DNA of 42,545 nucleotides from Clostridia bacterium. GTDB lineage: Bacteria > Bacillota > Clostridia > Oscillospirales > CAG-272. The position numbers and the translations under genes were made by a program. Below, in pieces: positions 1-9,442 of the stretch. The stretch spans positions 1 through 42,545 of the forward strand of contig JAFVTO010000195.1 in assembly GCA_017503165.1 (NCBI GenBank), written 5' to 3'. Each line of letters starts with the position of its first letter. The first letter of the stretch is position 1. The notes beneath the pieces were generated by a model. It did no database searches. It worked only from the letters and a program-made list of their open reading frames with translations, and had not been told where the DNA came from.

Positions 1-396
1 ACCGAAAAAGCCCTCCGAGGACATTTCAGCCACGGAGCCTACTAAAAATCCCCAAAAGTATTTTATTACCCAACCGACTATAACGGAATAGTAAGGCAGA
101 ATAACTACCGGCACCAGAGCCGCCATCCATCCCACGAATGAAAAACGCTTATCCAGTGCTTTAAATGCTCCGATAGCGCTGAGCTTGCTCTTTCTTCCAA
201 TGGCAATTTCAGCAACCATAAGCGAAAAGCCGAAGGTAACAGCAAGCAGGAGATAAACTAAAAGGAAGATTCCTCCTCCGTATTTGGCTGCAAGATATGG
301 GAAACGCCAAATATTCCCCAATCCTACCGCAGAACCCGCCGCAGCAAGAACAAATCCTATCTTGCCGGTAAACGAGCTTCTCTTGGTTTCCGTCAT
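1..396 (-). CDS. Sodium-dependent transporter, NSS/SNF family (5' part only, runs off window edge)
   Basis: Not in the ORF track. Hand translation from ATG at 396 gives MTETKRSSFTGKIGFVLAAAGSAVGLGNIWRFPY..., the NSS family N-terminal signature; AAGGA RBS upstream. Confidence 0.9.
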   Translation of the reverse strand, partial: MTETKRSSFTGKIGFVLAAAGSAVGLGNIWRFPYLAAKYGGGIFLLVYLLLAVTFGFSLMVAEIAIGRKSKLSAIGAFKALDKRFSFVGWMAALVPVVILPYYSVIVGWVIKYFWGFLVGSVAEMSSEGFFG

Positions 397-535
397 ATTG
401 TATTATCCATTCCTTTCTTTTGCACTGCATATAGGGTGATGAATACCCACGTGGACAAGTTCTTGTCCGAAATACAGGCAATGGCGCACAGCCTGACTTG
501 TACCCAAAAACAAGAACGCTCCAACTATCCTTTTT

Positions 536-564
536 AGTTTACCACATTTTTCGCAAAAAGTCAA
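536..564 (-). promoter_or_regulatory. Sigma-A-type promoter for the NSS transporter
   Basis: TTGACT-17 bp-TAAACT with extended TG on the minus strand. Confidence 0.55.
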
Positions 565-646
565 TAATTATTTCCGACAAGTTTTTAAAGAGGCTTTGAA
601 ATTTCGATTTATAGCAAATTCATGAGAAAGAAAAACTCTAAACGTA

Positions 647-675
647 TTGACAAGAAATGAATATCGTGCTAAGAT
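647..675 (+). promoter_or_regulatory. Sigma-A-type promoter for the oxidoreductase
   Basis: TTGACA-17 bp-TAAGAT with extended TG. Confidence 0.6.
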
Positions 676-716
676 ATGCATGAACAGAAATCGTACAGAA
701 AGGAATCATCAGTGCA

Positions 717-1763
717 ATGAAAAAGAAAGTAACTGTAATAGGATACGGCGGACAGGGAGGATGGCACGCAGACCATGCTTTAAAAAGCGATGTGGTGTCT
801 CTTCTGGGAATATATGATATAGCGCAAAAGCGCGTAGAGCTGGCAAAATCCAAGGGTATAAATACATACGCAACCTTGGAGGAGGCACTTAATGACGAAA
901 GATGCGACATAGTTGTTATCGCAACGCCGAACGACGTGCATAAGGAGCTGGTTAAAAAGGCTCTCGCCGCGGGAAAGAACGTTATCTGCGAAAAGCCTGT
1001 GGAGATGACCGTTGCGGCATTCGACGAGATGGCTGAGGCGGCGAAGGCATCGGGCAAGCTGTTCACAGTACACCAGAACAGACGCTGGGACGTAGACTTT
1101 CTCGCCATGAAGCAGATCATCGAGGAGGGTGACATAGGAGAGCCAATACGCATAGAGTCACGCATACACGGCTCCCGCGGTATTCCCTCCGACTGGAGAT
1201 GCCATAAGCCCTATGGCGGCGGCATGATCCTTGACTGGGGAGTTCACCTTATAGACCAGATGCTTCAGCTGATTCCTGAAAAGATAGTAAAGGTAGCTTG
1301 CGACGTCACCAACATCACAACCGACGAGGTTGACGACGGTTTCCGTCTCAACATATATTTCGAGAGCGGAAAGACCGGATACGTAGAGGTCGGAACCTAT
1401 AACTTTATTCCCATGCCCCGATTCTATATGCAGTGTAAAAATGGCTCTGCCAAGATCGAGGACTGGAGACAGAAGGCTCAGGTCGCCAAGTGTCTGGCGT
1501 GGCACGAGAGCGACGTAGTGCCGGTTCAGACGGCTGCGGGAATCACCAAGACAATGGCGCCCAGAGACGAGATCACACTGAAGACATATGAGATCGAGCG
1601 ACCGGTTTCCGACGTTCACGATTTCTACCGCAACGTAGTCAAAGCAGTAGACGGTATCGAGCCTCAGCTCATAAAGCTCTGCCAGGTCCGCCGTGTAATG
1701 CAGGTAATGGAAACGGCTTTCGCCTCAGCCGAAAAGGGCGCGCCCATTGTTGTTGACATCTGA
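717..1763 (+). CDS. Gfo/Idh/MocA family NAD(P)-dependent oxidoreductase
   Basis: VIGYGGQG Rossmann motif, ATPN..H, CEKP, HQNRR, GGGMILDWGVHLID; AAGGA RBS. Confidence 0.92.
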   Translation: MKKKVTVIGYGGQGGWHADHALKSDVVSLLGIYDIAQKRVELAKSKGINTYATLEEALNDERCDIVVIATPNDVHKELVKKALAAGKNVICEKPVEMTVAAFDEMAEAAKASGKLFTVHQNRRWDVDFLAMKQIIEEGDIGEPIRIESRIHGSRGIPSDWRCHKPYGGGMILDWGVHLIDQMLQLIPEKIVKVACDVTNITTDEVDDGFRLNIYFESGKTGYVEVGTYNFIPMPRFYMQCKNGSAKIEDWRQKAQVAKCLAWHESDVVPVQTAAGITKTMAPRDEITLKTYEIERPVSDVHDFYRNVVKAVDGIEPQLIKLCQVRRVMQVMETAFASAEKGAPIVVDI

Positions 1764-1816
1764 TAAGACCGCTTATAATACAAGAATAAAACAAAGCAAC
1801 GAAATAATAAAATCAA

Positions 1817-1860
1817 CCCCCGGCTATCCAGTGACCGCTAAGGTCCCGATTAGCCGGGGG
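1817..1860. terminator. Stem-loop between convergent genes, probable bidirectional terminator
   Basis: CCCCCGGCTA/TAGCCGGGGG 10-bp inverted repeat with an inner GACC/GGTC stem. Confidence 0.6.
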
Positions 1861-1898
1861 CTTACTTATTCATTTATCCACTTTTACTTATCCAAGCC

Positions 1899-2966
1899 TC
1901 AGACCTCTGTTCTCCAGCCGAAGGGATCCTCGCGCTTGCCCCACTGAATACCGGTGATCTCGTCGTAGAGACGCTGAGTGAGCTCACCGATCTCTCCGCC
2001 ACCGATAGTCATGACGTCATCCTTATAGCGAAGCTTACCGACAGGAGAAACAACGGCAGCGGTGCCGGTACCGAACACCTCTTCAAGAGAACCGTCCTTG
2101 GCGGCAGCGATCAGCTCATCCACGGAAATCCTGCGCTCTTCTACCTCATAGCCCCAGTGCTTGCAAACGTTAATAACGGAATTACGGGTAATGCCGGGAA
2201 GAATACTTCCGTTTATCATGGGAGTAACTATCTTTCCGTTTATCTTGAAGAAGATGTTCATTGCTCCCACCTCTTCGATGTATTTTCTCTCAACGCCGTC
2301 CAGCCAGAGAACCTGGGAATATCCGCCGTCGTGAGCCTTTACCTGAGCGATAAGGCTGGCGGCGTAGTTTCCTCCGGTCTTTGCGAAGCCCATACCGCCC
2401 TTGACTGCTCTGACGTACTCATCCTCTATCCAGATCCCCACGGGAGCAAGACCGCTGGGATAGTAGGCTCCGCTGGGAGAAAGGATGACCATAAAGAGAT
2501 ACGTCTTAGAGGGCGCAACGCCGAGAAACTCGTCGGTTGCGATAACGAAGGGACGGATATAAAGCGAGGTTCCGGGATCGGTGGGAACCCAATCGCGGTC
2601 AACATCCACAACAGCCTTGATAGCCTGAACGAAATCCTCCTCGGGAATATGAGGAATGCAGAGACGGTCGTTGGAATCGTTGGCTCTTTTTGCATTCATT
2701 TCCGGACGGAACAGATACACCCTTCCGTCATCCCCCTTGTATGCCTTAAGTCCCTCAAACATTTCCTGACCGTAATGGTAGACCATTGCGGCGGGGGAGA
2801 GGGAAATATTCTGAAAGGGAACGATTCTGGCATCGTGCCAGCCCTTTCCCTCAGTATAGTTCATAATGAACATGTGGTCGGTAAAAATATGTCCGAAGCT
2901 CAGCTTCTCACCTTTAGCAGGCTTCTCCTTCGGATTATTTGTAAGTTCAATGCGGATATCAAGCAT
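1899..2966 (-). CDS. ilvE: Branched-chain amino acid aminotransferase
   Basis: HYGQEMFEGLKAY, LYIRPF, AKTGGNYAAS (PLP lysine), EEVGAMNIFF, ILPGITR, GTGTAA. Confidence 0.96.
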   Translation of the reverse strand: MLDIRIELTNNPKEKPAKGEKLSFGHIFTDHMFIMNYTEGKGWHDARIVPFQNISLSPAAMVYHYGQEMFEGLKAYKGDDGRVYLFRPEMNAKRANDSNDRLCIPHIPEEDFVQAIKAVVDVDRDWVPTDPGTSLYIRPFVIATDEFLGVAPSKTYLFMVILSPSGAYYPSGLAPVGIWIEDEYVRAVKGGMGFAKTGGNYAASLIAQVKAHDGGYSQVLWLDGVERKYIEEVGAMNIFFKINGKIVTPMINGSILPGITRNSVINVCKHWGYEVEERRISVDELIAAAKDGSLEEVFGTGTAAVVSPVGKLRYKDDVMTIGGGEIGELTQRLYDEITGIQWGKREDPFGWRTEV

Positions 2967-3062
2967 TTTCGTTCATTCCTTTCTCTTTGCGACAGCATAC
3001 GCAAAAACCGTTTATTTAAAATAACAGGATGTTTATTAAAGTATAAAGACTCTATAACTAAA

Positions 3063-3091
3063 AGTATAACACAAGATCTGACGGATGTCAA
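3063..3091 (-). promoter_or_regulatory. Sigma-A-type promoter for ilvE
   Basis: TTGACA-17 bp-TATACT on the minus strand. Confidence 0.65.
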
Positions 3092-3210
3092 TATTTCAAT
3101 AGGATATAACTTTGTGATTTTTCTTTTAACAGCCTGTCCACCTGTACGCGCCCAAGCGCCGGACAGTGCTGAGCCGGTAATAATATAACTCTGCTCTGCT
3201 CTGCTCTATC

Positions 3211-4611
3211 CTACTCTTCCTTGCTCTCCGGCTTCGGGGCGAACATATCCTTTATCCTTATAGCCGAAAACAGGTTTTTTACGGGGTGAAGCTCTATATC
3301 CTTAAAAGCACTCAGGTGGCGGTCAGCAAGCTTCTTGGAGTTATGCTCCGGGAGCACCAATCTTCCAAAGCCGAGCCGAGCTACCTCGTTCACTCGCTGC
3401 TCAACCGCCGAAACAGAACGGCATTCCCCGGAAAGACCGATCTCTCCTATAGCTATAAGATTATCCGGCAACGCCCGGTCCAGAATTCCCGAAACCAGCG
3501 CAAGCGCCACGGCAAGATCTGCGGCAGGCTCGTCAAGCTGCAATCCCCCGGTAACGTTAATGTAAATATCGTTTTGTGAAAAATGCAAGCCGAGCCTCTT
3601 TTCAAGAACGGCAAGCAGCATACACAGACGGTTGTAATCGAAGCCGTTTGCGGAGCGCTTAGGAGAGGGGAAAACGGTAGGGCTGACCAATGCCTGTATC
3701 TCGGTAATCAACGGACGCGAGCCCTCCATAACACATACGGCGCAGCTTCCGGAAACGTTCTTGGGACGTTCGCGCAAAAGCGCCTCAGATGGGTTTGGGA
3801 CCTGGCAAAGACCGGCCTCGGTCATTTCAAAAACACCGATCTCATTAGTCGAGCCGTATCTGTTTTTCACCGCTCTGATTATTCTGTAGGCATGCTGACG
3901 CTCACCCTCGAAATACAGCACCGCATCCACCATGTGCTCAAGCACCTTAGGGCCTGCAATACCGCCCTCCTTATTGACGTGTCCCACAAGTATTACGGAA
4001 AAGCCCTCGCTTTTCGCCTTGTTGATAAACCGCATAGAGCATTCACGCACCTGCGTCACACTTCCCGTGGCGCTCTGTACGTCAGCGGAATACACCGTCT
4101 GTATCGAGTCAACTATAACAATGCTCGGCGTCACCTCATCTATTTCGGCAAGGATATTCTCGATCTGCGTTTCGTTGAGAACGTAGAGCTTTTCGGCGCG
4201 CACTCCAAGACGTTTGGCGCGAAGCTTGAGCTGCCCCCCGGACTCTTCACCGGAAACGTAAAGCACGGTTTCGTCGTTCCCCACCGCTCCGCAAAGCTGC
4301 ATAAGCAGAGTAGACTTGCCGATACCCGGCTCGCCCGAGATCAGAACCGCCGAGCCGCTGACCAATCCCCCGCCGAGAACGCGGTCAAACTCGCTCATTC
4401 CGCTTCCGATACGCAGATAATCAGGTATCTCCAGCTCATCAAGCGCCGCGCTTCTGTTTTCTCTTTTCAAGGTAGCGGCGGTAAACGTGGAGTCGCTTTT
4501 CTTCGCCACACATTCCTCCAGTGTATTGTAGCTTCCGCAACTTGGGCACCTGCCGTACCACTTAGAGCTTCTGTATCCGCATTCGTTACATTCAAAATAG
4601 GTTTTTCCCAT
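3211..4611 (-). CDS. radA: DNA repair protein RadA/Sms
   Basis: N-terminal C4 zinc finger (CNECG...CPSCG), GEPGIGKST Walker A, KNRYG motif, Lon-like C-terminal domain. Confidence 0.97.
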   Translation of the reverse strand: MGKTYFECNECGYRSSKWYGRCPSCGSYNTLEECVAKKSDSTFTAATLKRENRSAALDELEIPDYLRIGSGMSEFDRVLGGGLVSGSAVLISGEPGIGKSTLLMQLCGAVGNDETVLYVSGEESGGQLKLRAKRLGVRAEKLYVLNETQIENILAEIDEVTPSIVIVDSIQTVYSADVQSATGSVTQVRECSMRFINKAKSEGFSVILVGHVNKEGGIAGPKVLEHMVDAVLYFEGERQHAYRIIRAVKNRYGSTNEIGVFEMTEAGLCQVPNPSEALLRERPKNVSGSCAVCVMEGSRPLITEIQALVSPTVFPSPKRSANGFDYNRLCMLLAVLEKRLGLHFSQNDIYINVTGGLQLDEPAADLAVALALVSGILDRALPDNLIAIGEIGLSGECRSVSAVEQRVNEVARLGFGRLVLPEHNSKKLADRHLSAFKDIELHPVKNLFSAIRIKDMFAPKPESKEE

Positions 4612-4667
4612 ATCAAAACAATCCTTTTATGACTTTTCCAAGCCGGATATCTGTCAGTATACCTCTT

Positions 4668-5135
4668 TTACAGTATAAGCTCCATTCCGACCTTCTGAGG
4701 AACCAGCCCCATTCTTTTATAAAATTCCATTGCGGAGGGATTGCAGCTCCAGACGTTAAGGGTAAGATTATAGCAACCCATATCTCTTGCCAGCCTCAAG
4801 GCTGCGCCGTAGAGCTCGCTGCCGACATGCTTTCCGCGCAGCTTCTCGTCAACGCAAAGGTCATCTATATACAGTGTCTTTATATCGGTCAGAAGCTGAC
4901 TTCCTATATGCTGCTGAAGTATGCAGAAACAGTACCCCTGCACCGTGTCGCTTTCATCCACAGCCACCAAGATCGGCTTGCTGCCATCCTTGATTATCTC
5001 ACAAAGCTCACCGTCACTGTATTTCCGTCCCTTTTTGAAAAGATCCGGCCTTCCAAGGTGATGCACCAAATTGACCTGGGAGAGCAGCTCCCCTATCCGA
5101 GGTATGTCCTTTTCCAATGCACATCTTACTTGCAC
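4668..5135 (-). CDS. GNAT family N-acetyltransferase
   Basis: LYIDDLCVDEKLRGKHVG acetyl-CoA motif and NPSAMEFYKRMG; the GTG at 5135 follows an AAGGAAG RBS (ORF track starts at 5165). Confidence 0.9.
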   Translation of the reverse strand: MQVRCALEKDIPRIGELLSQVNLVHHLGRPDLFKKGRKYSDGELCEIIKDGSKPILVAVDESDTVQGYCFCILQQHIGSQLLTDIKTLYIDDLCVDEKLRGKHVGSELYGAALRLARDMGCYNLTLNVWSCNPSAMEFYKRMGLVPQKVGMELIL

Positions 5136-5188
5136 TCTGAATACTTCCTTTCCGGCTGAAAACACTTTTTATGTTACAGACTAACCGT

Positions 5189-5217
5189 ATTATACTCCCG
5201 CCAAAAGACTTTGTCAA
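5189..5217 (-). promoter_or_regulatory. Consensus sigma-A promoter for GNAT-radA
   Basis: Perfect TTGACA-17 bp-TATAAT on the minus strand. Confidence 0.8.
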
Positions 5218-5258
5218 TATAAAAAGTGAATATCACAGGCAATTTCCCCTATATGATA

Positions 5259-5287
5259 TTGACAAGTCGCCTTTCCAGGGGTATAAT
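5259..5287 (+). promoter_or_regulatory. Consensus sigma-A promoter for the kinase-HD / RNA ligase unit
   Basis: Perfect TTGACA-17 bp-TATAAT. Confidence 0.8.
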
Positions 5288-5414
5288 TTTATCAAAGATG
5301 ATTTCGCATAAAATTTTCCGTGATTATCAAAAGGAATTAAGGTATAATAGCATTGCAAGCCGGGGCGAACGTGCCACCCGTGAGCTATAACCATAACTGA
5401 AAGGAACCGGAAAA

Positions 5415-6356
5415 ATGACCTCCATGCTACCTGAGCTGATAATGCTCGTAGGCATTCCCGCCTGCGGCAAAAGCACACTTGCAGCTCAATATGAAAAAAA
5501 CGGCTATACAGTGCTCTCATCCGATAAAATAAGAAACGAACTGGCGCAGGGTGAGGATTACGGAAAAATGACCTCCAAGGAATACCGCGAGCTGAATGTC
5601 CGTGTATTCGAAGCGATCAAGAAAAAAGCAAGCACACTGATCAAACAAAAAAGGAGTGTGGTAGTGGACTCCACGGCAATAAGCAGAAAAAAGAGGATCG
5701 GCTTTCTCAGATATATCGGAAACGCGTCATATCAAAAGACCTGCGTTCTTGTAATAACCCCCGTAGAGGTATGTATGGAGCGGAACTCCAAGAGGCAGGG
5801 AAACGCAAGAGTTCCCCATGAGGCAATCGACAAAATGCTGCGCTCCTTTGAATGCCCCGCGTATGTCGAGGGGTGGGATAAAATAGAAACGGTGGCGTAT
5901 AACGGCGCATACAGCTTCCCATTTAATGAGGCGGCAGATTTTCCGCAGGACAATCCGTACCATACTCTCACGTTAGGCGGGCACATGGACGCGGCAGTGG
6001 AATACTGCATTCAGCAAAATTATCCGGAGATTATCCGACACGTTGCCGCGTACCACGACGTAGGAAAGCTGTATACCAAGCAATTCCGCAACTATAAGGG
6101 GGAGCCGACCGAGAGCGCCCATTTCTACGGACACGAAAGCTACAGCGCATATCTTTACCTGACGGAAATGCTGTGCGGCAAAACAGTAAGCGACCGGGAA
6201 AGGGAGCAAATACTGTATTGCGCTCTGCTGATAAACTGCCATATGCGTCCGATGTTCCGTCGCGAGGGCTCTTATGAGGAGGATGTCGCTTTATTCGGCG
6301 AAAGGTTCATGGATGATCTGATGATGCTACACTCGGCGGACAGGGCAGCGCACTGA
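5415..6356 (+). CDS. P-loop polynucleotide kinase (AAA_33-like) fused to a C-terminal HD phosphohydrolase domain
   Basis: LVGIPACGKST P-loop, SSD.IR, VVVDST, ERNSKR lid; then QDNPYH...H, AAYHDVGK (HD), HFYGHE, INCHM, HSAD. Confidence 0.85.
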   Translation: MTSMLPELIMLVGIPACGKSTLAAQYEKNGYTVLSSDKIRNELAQGEDYGKMTSKEYRELNVRVFEAIKKKASTLIKQKRSVVVDSTAISRKKRIGFLRYIGNASYQKTCVLVITPVEVCMERNSKRQGNARVPHEAIDKMLRSFECPAYVEGWDKIETVAYNGAYSFPFNEAADFPQDNPYHTLTLGGHMDAAVEYCIQQNYPEIIRHVAAYHDVGKLYTKQFRNYKGEPTESAHFYGHESYSAYLYLTEMLCGKTVSDREREQILYCALLINCHMRPMFRREGSYEEDVALFGERFMDDLMMLHSADRAAH

Positions 6357-6447
6357 AAAGGAAGATTTCCGACACAAACAAAAAAAACGGTTAAATATCA
6401 AACTCGCGGCAAAAAACCGAGAATAAAAATAGAAAGGCATACTTACC

Positions 6448-7632
6448 ATGAATACCAATTCTATACTTTGTAAGTTTATATCCGATCACCCCAACGACTG
6501 GGAAGAGATATTGGAAAATGAATACGATCTGAGAATAAAGAAGGATGGAAACTACGCCATCTTCAATTATTCCATATTGGGCAACTTCTATGATCCGATA
6601 GTCCAGGAGGCTCGCGGCATAATCCTTGATTACGTGAATTTAGAGGTAGTCTGCTGGCCGTTCAGGAAATTCGGAAACCATACCGAGGGATATGTGGATA
6701 CTATAGATTGGAAGAGCGCGCGCGTGCTTGAAAAGGTAGACGGCTCAATAGTGAAGCTGTGGTATGACCGGGCAGCCCGGAAGTGGCAGTTCTCCACAAA
6801 CGGAATGATACGCGCCGAGGAAGCCCGGGCAGATGAGATATCTTCTCAGTCGTATATGGACGTAATAAGAAGCGCGGACAACTTCTGTAATATCCCCTTC
6901 GAGGAGCTGGATAAGGACACCACCTATATCTTTGAATTGGTAAGCCCACAGACAAGAGTAGTCATAAAATACGATACCGCCAGCCTGTACCATCTGGGAA
7001 CAAGAAATAATATAACCGGAATGGAAAGCGAAACCGACATAGGAATAAAAAAGCCCAAGTCTTACTCACTGGGCTCGATCGACGACTGTATAAATGCATC
7101 CGCCGAGCTGAACCGTAACGAAAGCGGAATGCAGGCGGAGGAGATAACCGCGGAGGGATTTGTGGTGGTGGATAAGGACTGGCACCGCATCAAGATAAAA
7201 TCCCCGGACTATATAATAAACCACCATTTGTCCAGCGTAAAATCCATTTCAAAATTCGATTGCGTACATCTTCTCATAAATGCTTCAAGCGACATAAACA
7301 CTATGTGCGACAGGTGCGAGGAGCTTATTCCCATATTCAAATACTATGACTTCAAGCTTTCAGAGCTGTATGTGCTTGCGGACAAAATGGCAATAATAGC
7401 AAGACAGTTTTATGAGGAATACAGCCATGAGCGGAAGGCAGTAGCGAATATAATAGTCAAGCACCGCCTGTCGGGAATAGGCTTCAAGGCGTTGGATACA
7501 GAGCTTAAAGGACGGGAGATACTCCTCGGTTTGCCTACCGAAAAGATATGTAAGCTCATCCCCGATTACCAACCGGAGGACCTCAGCGACCTTATCAAAT
7601 CCCATAATACCGCCAAGGAAAAGAAGAATTAA
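6448..7632 (+). CDS. T4 Rnl1/RnlA-like ATP-dependent RNA ligase
   Basis: EARG, PFRKFGN, motif I EKVDGS (adenylylated Lys), YIFELVSP (III), EGFVV (IV), RIKIKS..Y (V), plus a C-terminal extension. Confidence 0.87.
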   Translation: MNTNSILCKFISDHPNDWEEILENEYDLRIKKDGNYAIFNYSILGNFYDPIVQEARGIILDYVNLEVVCWPFRKFGNHTEGYVDTIDWKSARVLEKVDGSIVKLWYDRAARKWQFSTNGMIRAEEARADEISSQSYMDVIRSADNFCNIPFEELDKDTTYIFELVSPQTRVVIKYDTASLYHLGTRNNITGMESETDIGIKKPKSYSLGSIDDCINASAELNRNESGMQAEEITAEGFVVVDKDWHRIKIKSPDYIINHHLSSVKSISKFDCVHLLINASSDINTMCDRCEELIPIFKYYDFKLSELYVLADKMAIIARQFYEEYSHERKAVANIIVKHRLSGIGFKALDTELKGREILLGLPTEKICKLIPDYQPEDLSDLIKSHNTAKEKKN

Positions 7633-7669
7633 CAAAAAACTATCGAAAAGGGATAGATAAATGTAATAT

Positions 7670-7732
7670 ACACCCCCTTAAAGCAGACGCTTGAAAAAAG
7701 CAAAAGTTTTCAAGACGGCTTTAAGGGGGTGT
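7670..7732. terminator. Long stem-loop after the RNA ligase
   Basis: ACACCCCCTTAAAGC/GCTTTAAGGGGGTGT 15-bp stem with inner CTTGAAAA/TTTTCAAG, followed by a T run. Confidence 0.7.
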
Positions 7733-8003
7733 TTTTATAACCCAATTTACACTTGGATAGGTGAGATTTTGAACAGACCAAAGGAATACATACATAACTT
7801 TCGTCACAGTCACGCGACGAAAAATCTCCCCCTGCTATGCATAGGGGGAGAAAGAGGAAGCTTGTTAAATCAGCAAAAGCTTTTCTTATGCTGTCTACCT
7901 GACATCGGGCACATTATTCGCTTATATGCCAACACGGTACCTTCTTGTTCTTAAAGTTAAGTTTAAGACATAAACATATATAATCCTAAACCCAATCACG
8001 GTT

Positions 8004-9413
8004 TCACTTCTTCAATTTCTTCATAATATTTTCCATCAGCAGGTTGCTTATCTGCTTCAATTCTTTGAAAAGCAGGATAAAAATAATTAAGCAACATAGC
8101 CCGGAATACAAAAACTCTCTGGTATACGAGTTGGTGGCTACATAAATCTGGATTCCAAGCGTAAAATAACAAAAGATATAAAGCTTCCAGTTAATTGAAA
8201 GCGACATAATCTTTCTACTATGGAGTATTCTGCTTAAACAAATCGACGTTTGTGCGCATACTACAGATATGCCTGCTCCAATAATTCCTAAACGGGGAAT
8301 CAGCAAACAATTTAGTGTAATGTTTATCACAGCACCTATTCCCGTAGACACAACCAAAAACTTAGTATTATATGATGCGGTATAAATAGACCCAAAAAAC
8401 TCCGAATATGCGTGCATAGCTGTAGAGAACAATAGTAACGGAACAAATTGCCATGCTTGGAAAAAGTCTTTTGAAAACATAATATAAGCTATTGGTTTAT
8501 TAAAAACAAGCATACATGACAGAATCAAAATAATGATAGTTGACAGCTTTGCAAAAGCATCCGAAAAAAAGCCCTTTGAATCATCCGACCCAAAATCATC
8601 AACGCAATTTACTTTCCAGGCTCCTCCAAAAATGCCGGTCATTGTGGTCATTATATGTGGGATCTTATTCGCTACCGAGAACAACCCCGTAGCTGATGTA
8701 CCGATAAATGCGGTCAAGAAAAATTTACTCGCGGCATCAGCAAGCCACCAGCTTGCACTATTGGGGATCATAGGTAACGAATACGCCAACATCTTTTTTT
8801 GTAATTCCTTATTAGTTGCCCGGAATATAAGCCCATATCTATAAATTTTTGCCGCCAAAAACATATAGAGCACTGAAACTGCAGAGCCTATGATATGAGA
8901 AATCAAGTAACCCTGAATTCCCATCTTCATCGGAATCAGAAAAAGAATCGCAGATATAACGGAAATAAATGTCTGTACAATACCTCCTACAGCAAATACC
9001 TTCGTTTTATCAATTCCTCTTACAAAGTAAGAAATCGCATGCTGAATGCTATACGTTACAAAATACAGAACTACAAACCAATAGTAATCCTTTAAAGGCG
9101 TAAAGAAAATAATGGGGGATAAGCAAAAGAAAAGCAACAATCCCGCGAAAGTTATTCTGACACCTATCGTATATACTTCCCTGGGATCGTTTCCCTTTTC
9201 CAATGCAAAGCGCATCATAGCTTCGCAAATAATAAACGAGAAAAAAGGAAACAACAGCGTTGTTGTTGTTGATATCAGATCAGCTATACCGTACTGGTCT
9301 GTTGTAAGAATTGCTGTATAAAAAGGAACAAAGATAAATGTCAATAGCTTGCTGCCGAAGCTTCCTATAGTCATCAACAAAGCATCTTTGCCAAATTTCT
9401 TATAGCCTGCCAT
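8004..9413 (-). CDS. wzx: Polysaccharide flippase (Wzx/PST family)
   Basis: Multi-TM protein with GSKLLTFIFVPFYTAILTTDQYG and YSLPMIPN..SWW; last gene of a glycosyltransferase cluster. Confidence 0.9.
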   Translation of the reverse strand: MAGYKKFGKDALLMTIGSFGSKLLTFIFVPFYTAILTTDQYGIADLISTTTTLLFPFFSFIICEAMMRFALEKGNDPREVYTIGVRITFAGLLLFFCLSPIIFFTPLKDYYWFVVLYFVTYSIQHAISYFVRGIDKTKVFAVGGIVQTFISVISAILFLIPMKMGIQGYLISHIIGSAVSVLYMFLAAKIYRYGLIFRATNKELQKKMLAYSLPMIPNSASWWLADAASKFFLTAFIGTSATGLFSVANKIPHIMTTMTGIFGGAWKVNCVDDFGSDDSKGFFSDAFAKLSTIIILILSCMLVFNKPIAYIMFSKDFFQAWQFVPLLLFSTAMHAYSEFFGSIYTASYNTKFLVVSTGIGAVINITLNCLLIPRLGIIGAGISVVCAQTSICLSRILHSRKIMSLSINWKLYIFCYFTLGIQIYVATNSYTREFLYSGLCCLIIFILLFKELKQISNLLMENIMKKLKK

Positions 9414-9442
9414 TCATTTCCTCACCAATCCTTCTATATCCC

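Noticed and set aside
209-481. 90-aa minus-strand ORF from the track
   Set aside because: Wrong frame; the real CDS is the overlapping NSS transporter starting at 396.
3189-3207. (CTCTG)n short tandem repeat after radA
   Set aside because: Under four units and intergenic; no evidence of phase variation.
2157-4632. Long plus-strand ORFs (343 aa and 349 aa)
   Set aside because: Antisense shadows of ilvE and radA with no recognisable motifs.
5355-5400. Possible riboswitch or tRNA-like RNA upstream of the kinase
   Set aside because: Only one small hairpin; no cloverleaf or known riboswitch consensus.
7691-7954. 87-aa ORF as a functional gene
   Set aside because: TTG start lies inside a terminator-like hairpin with no RBS; kept only as a possible integrase scar.
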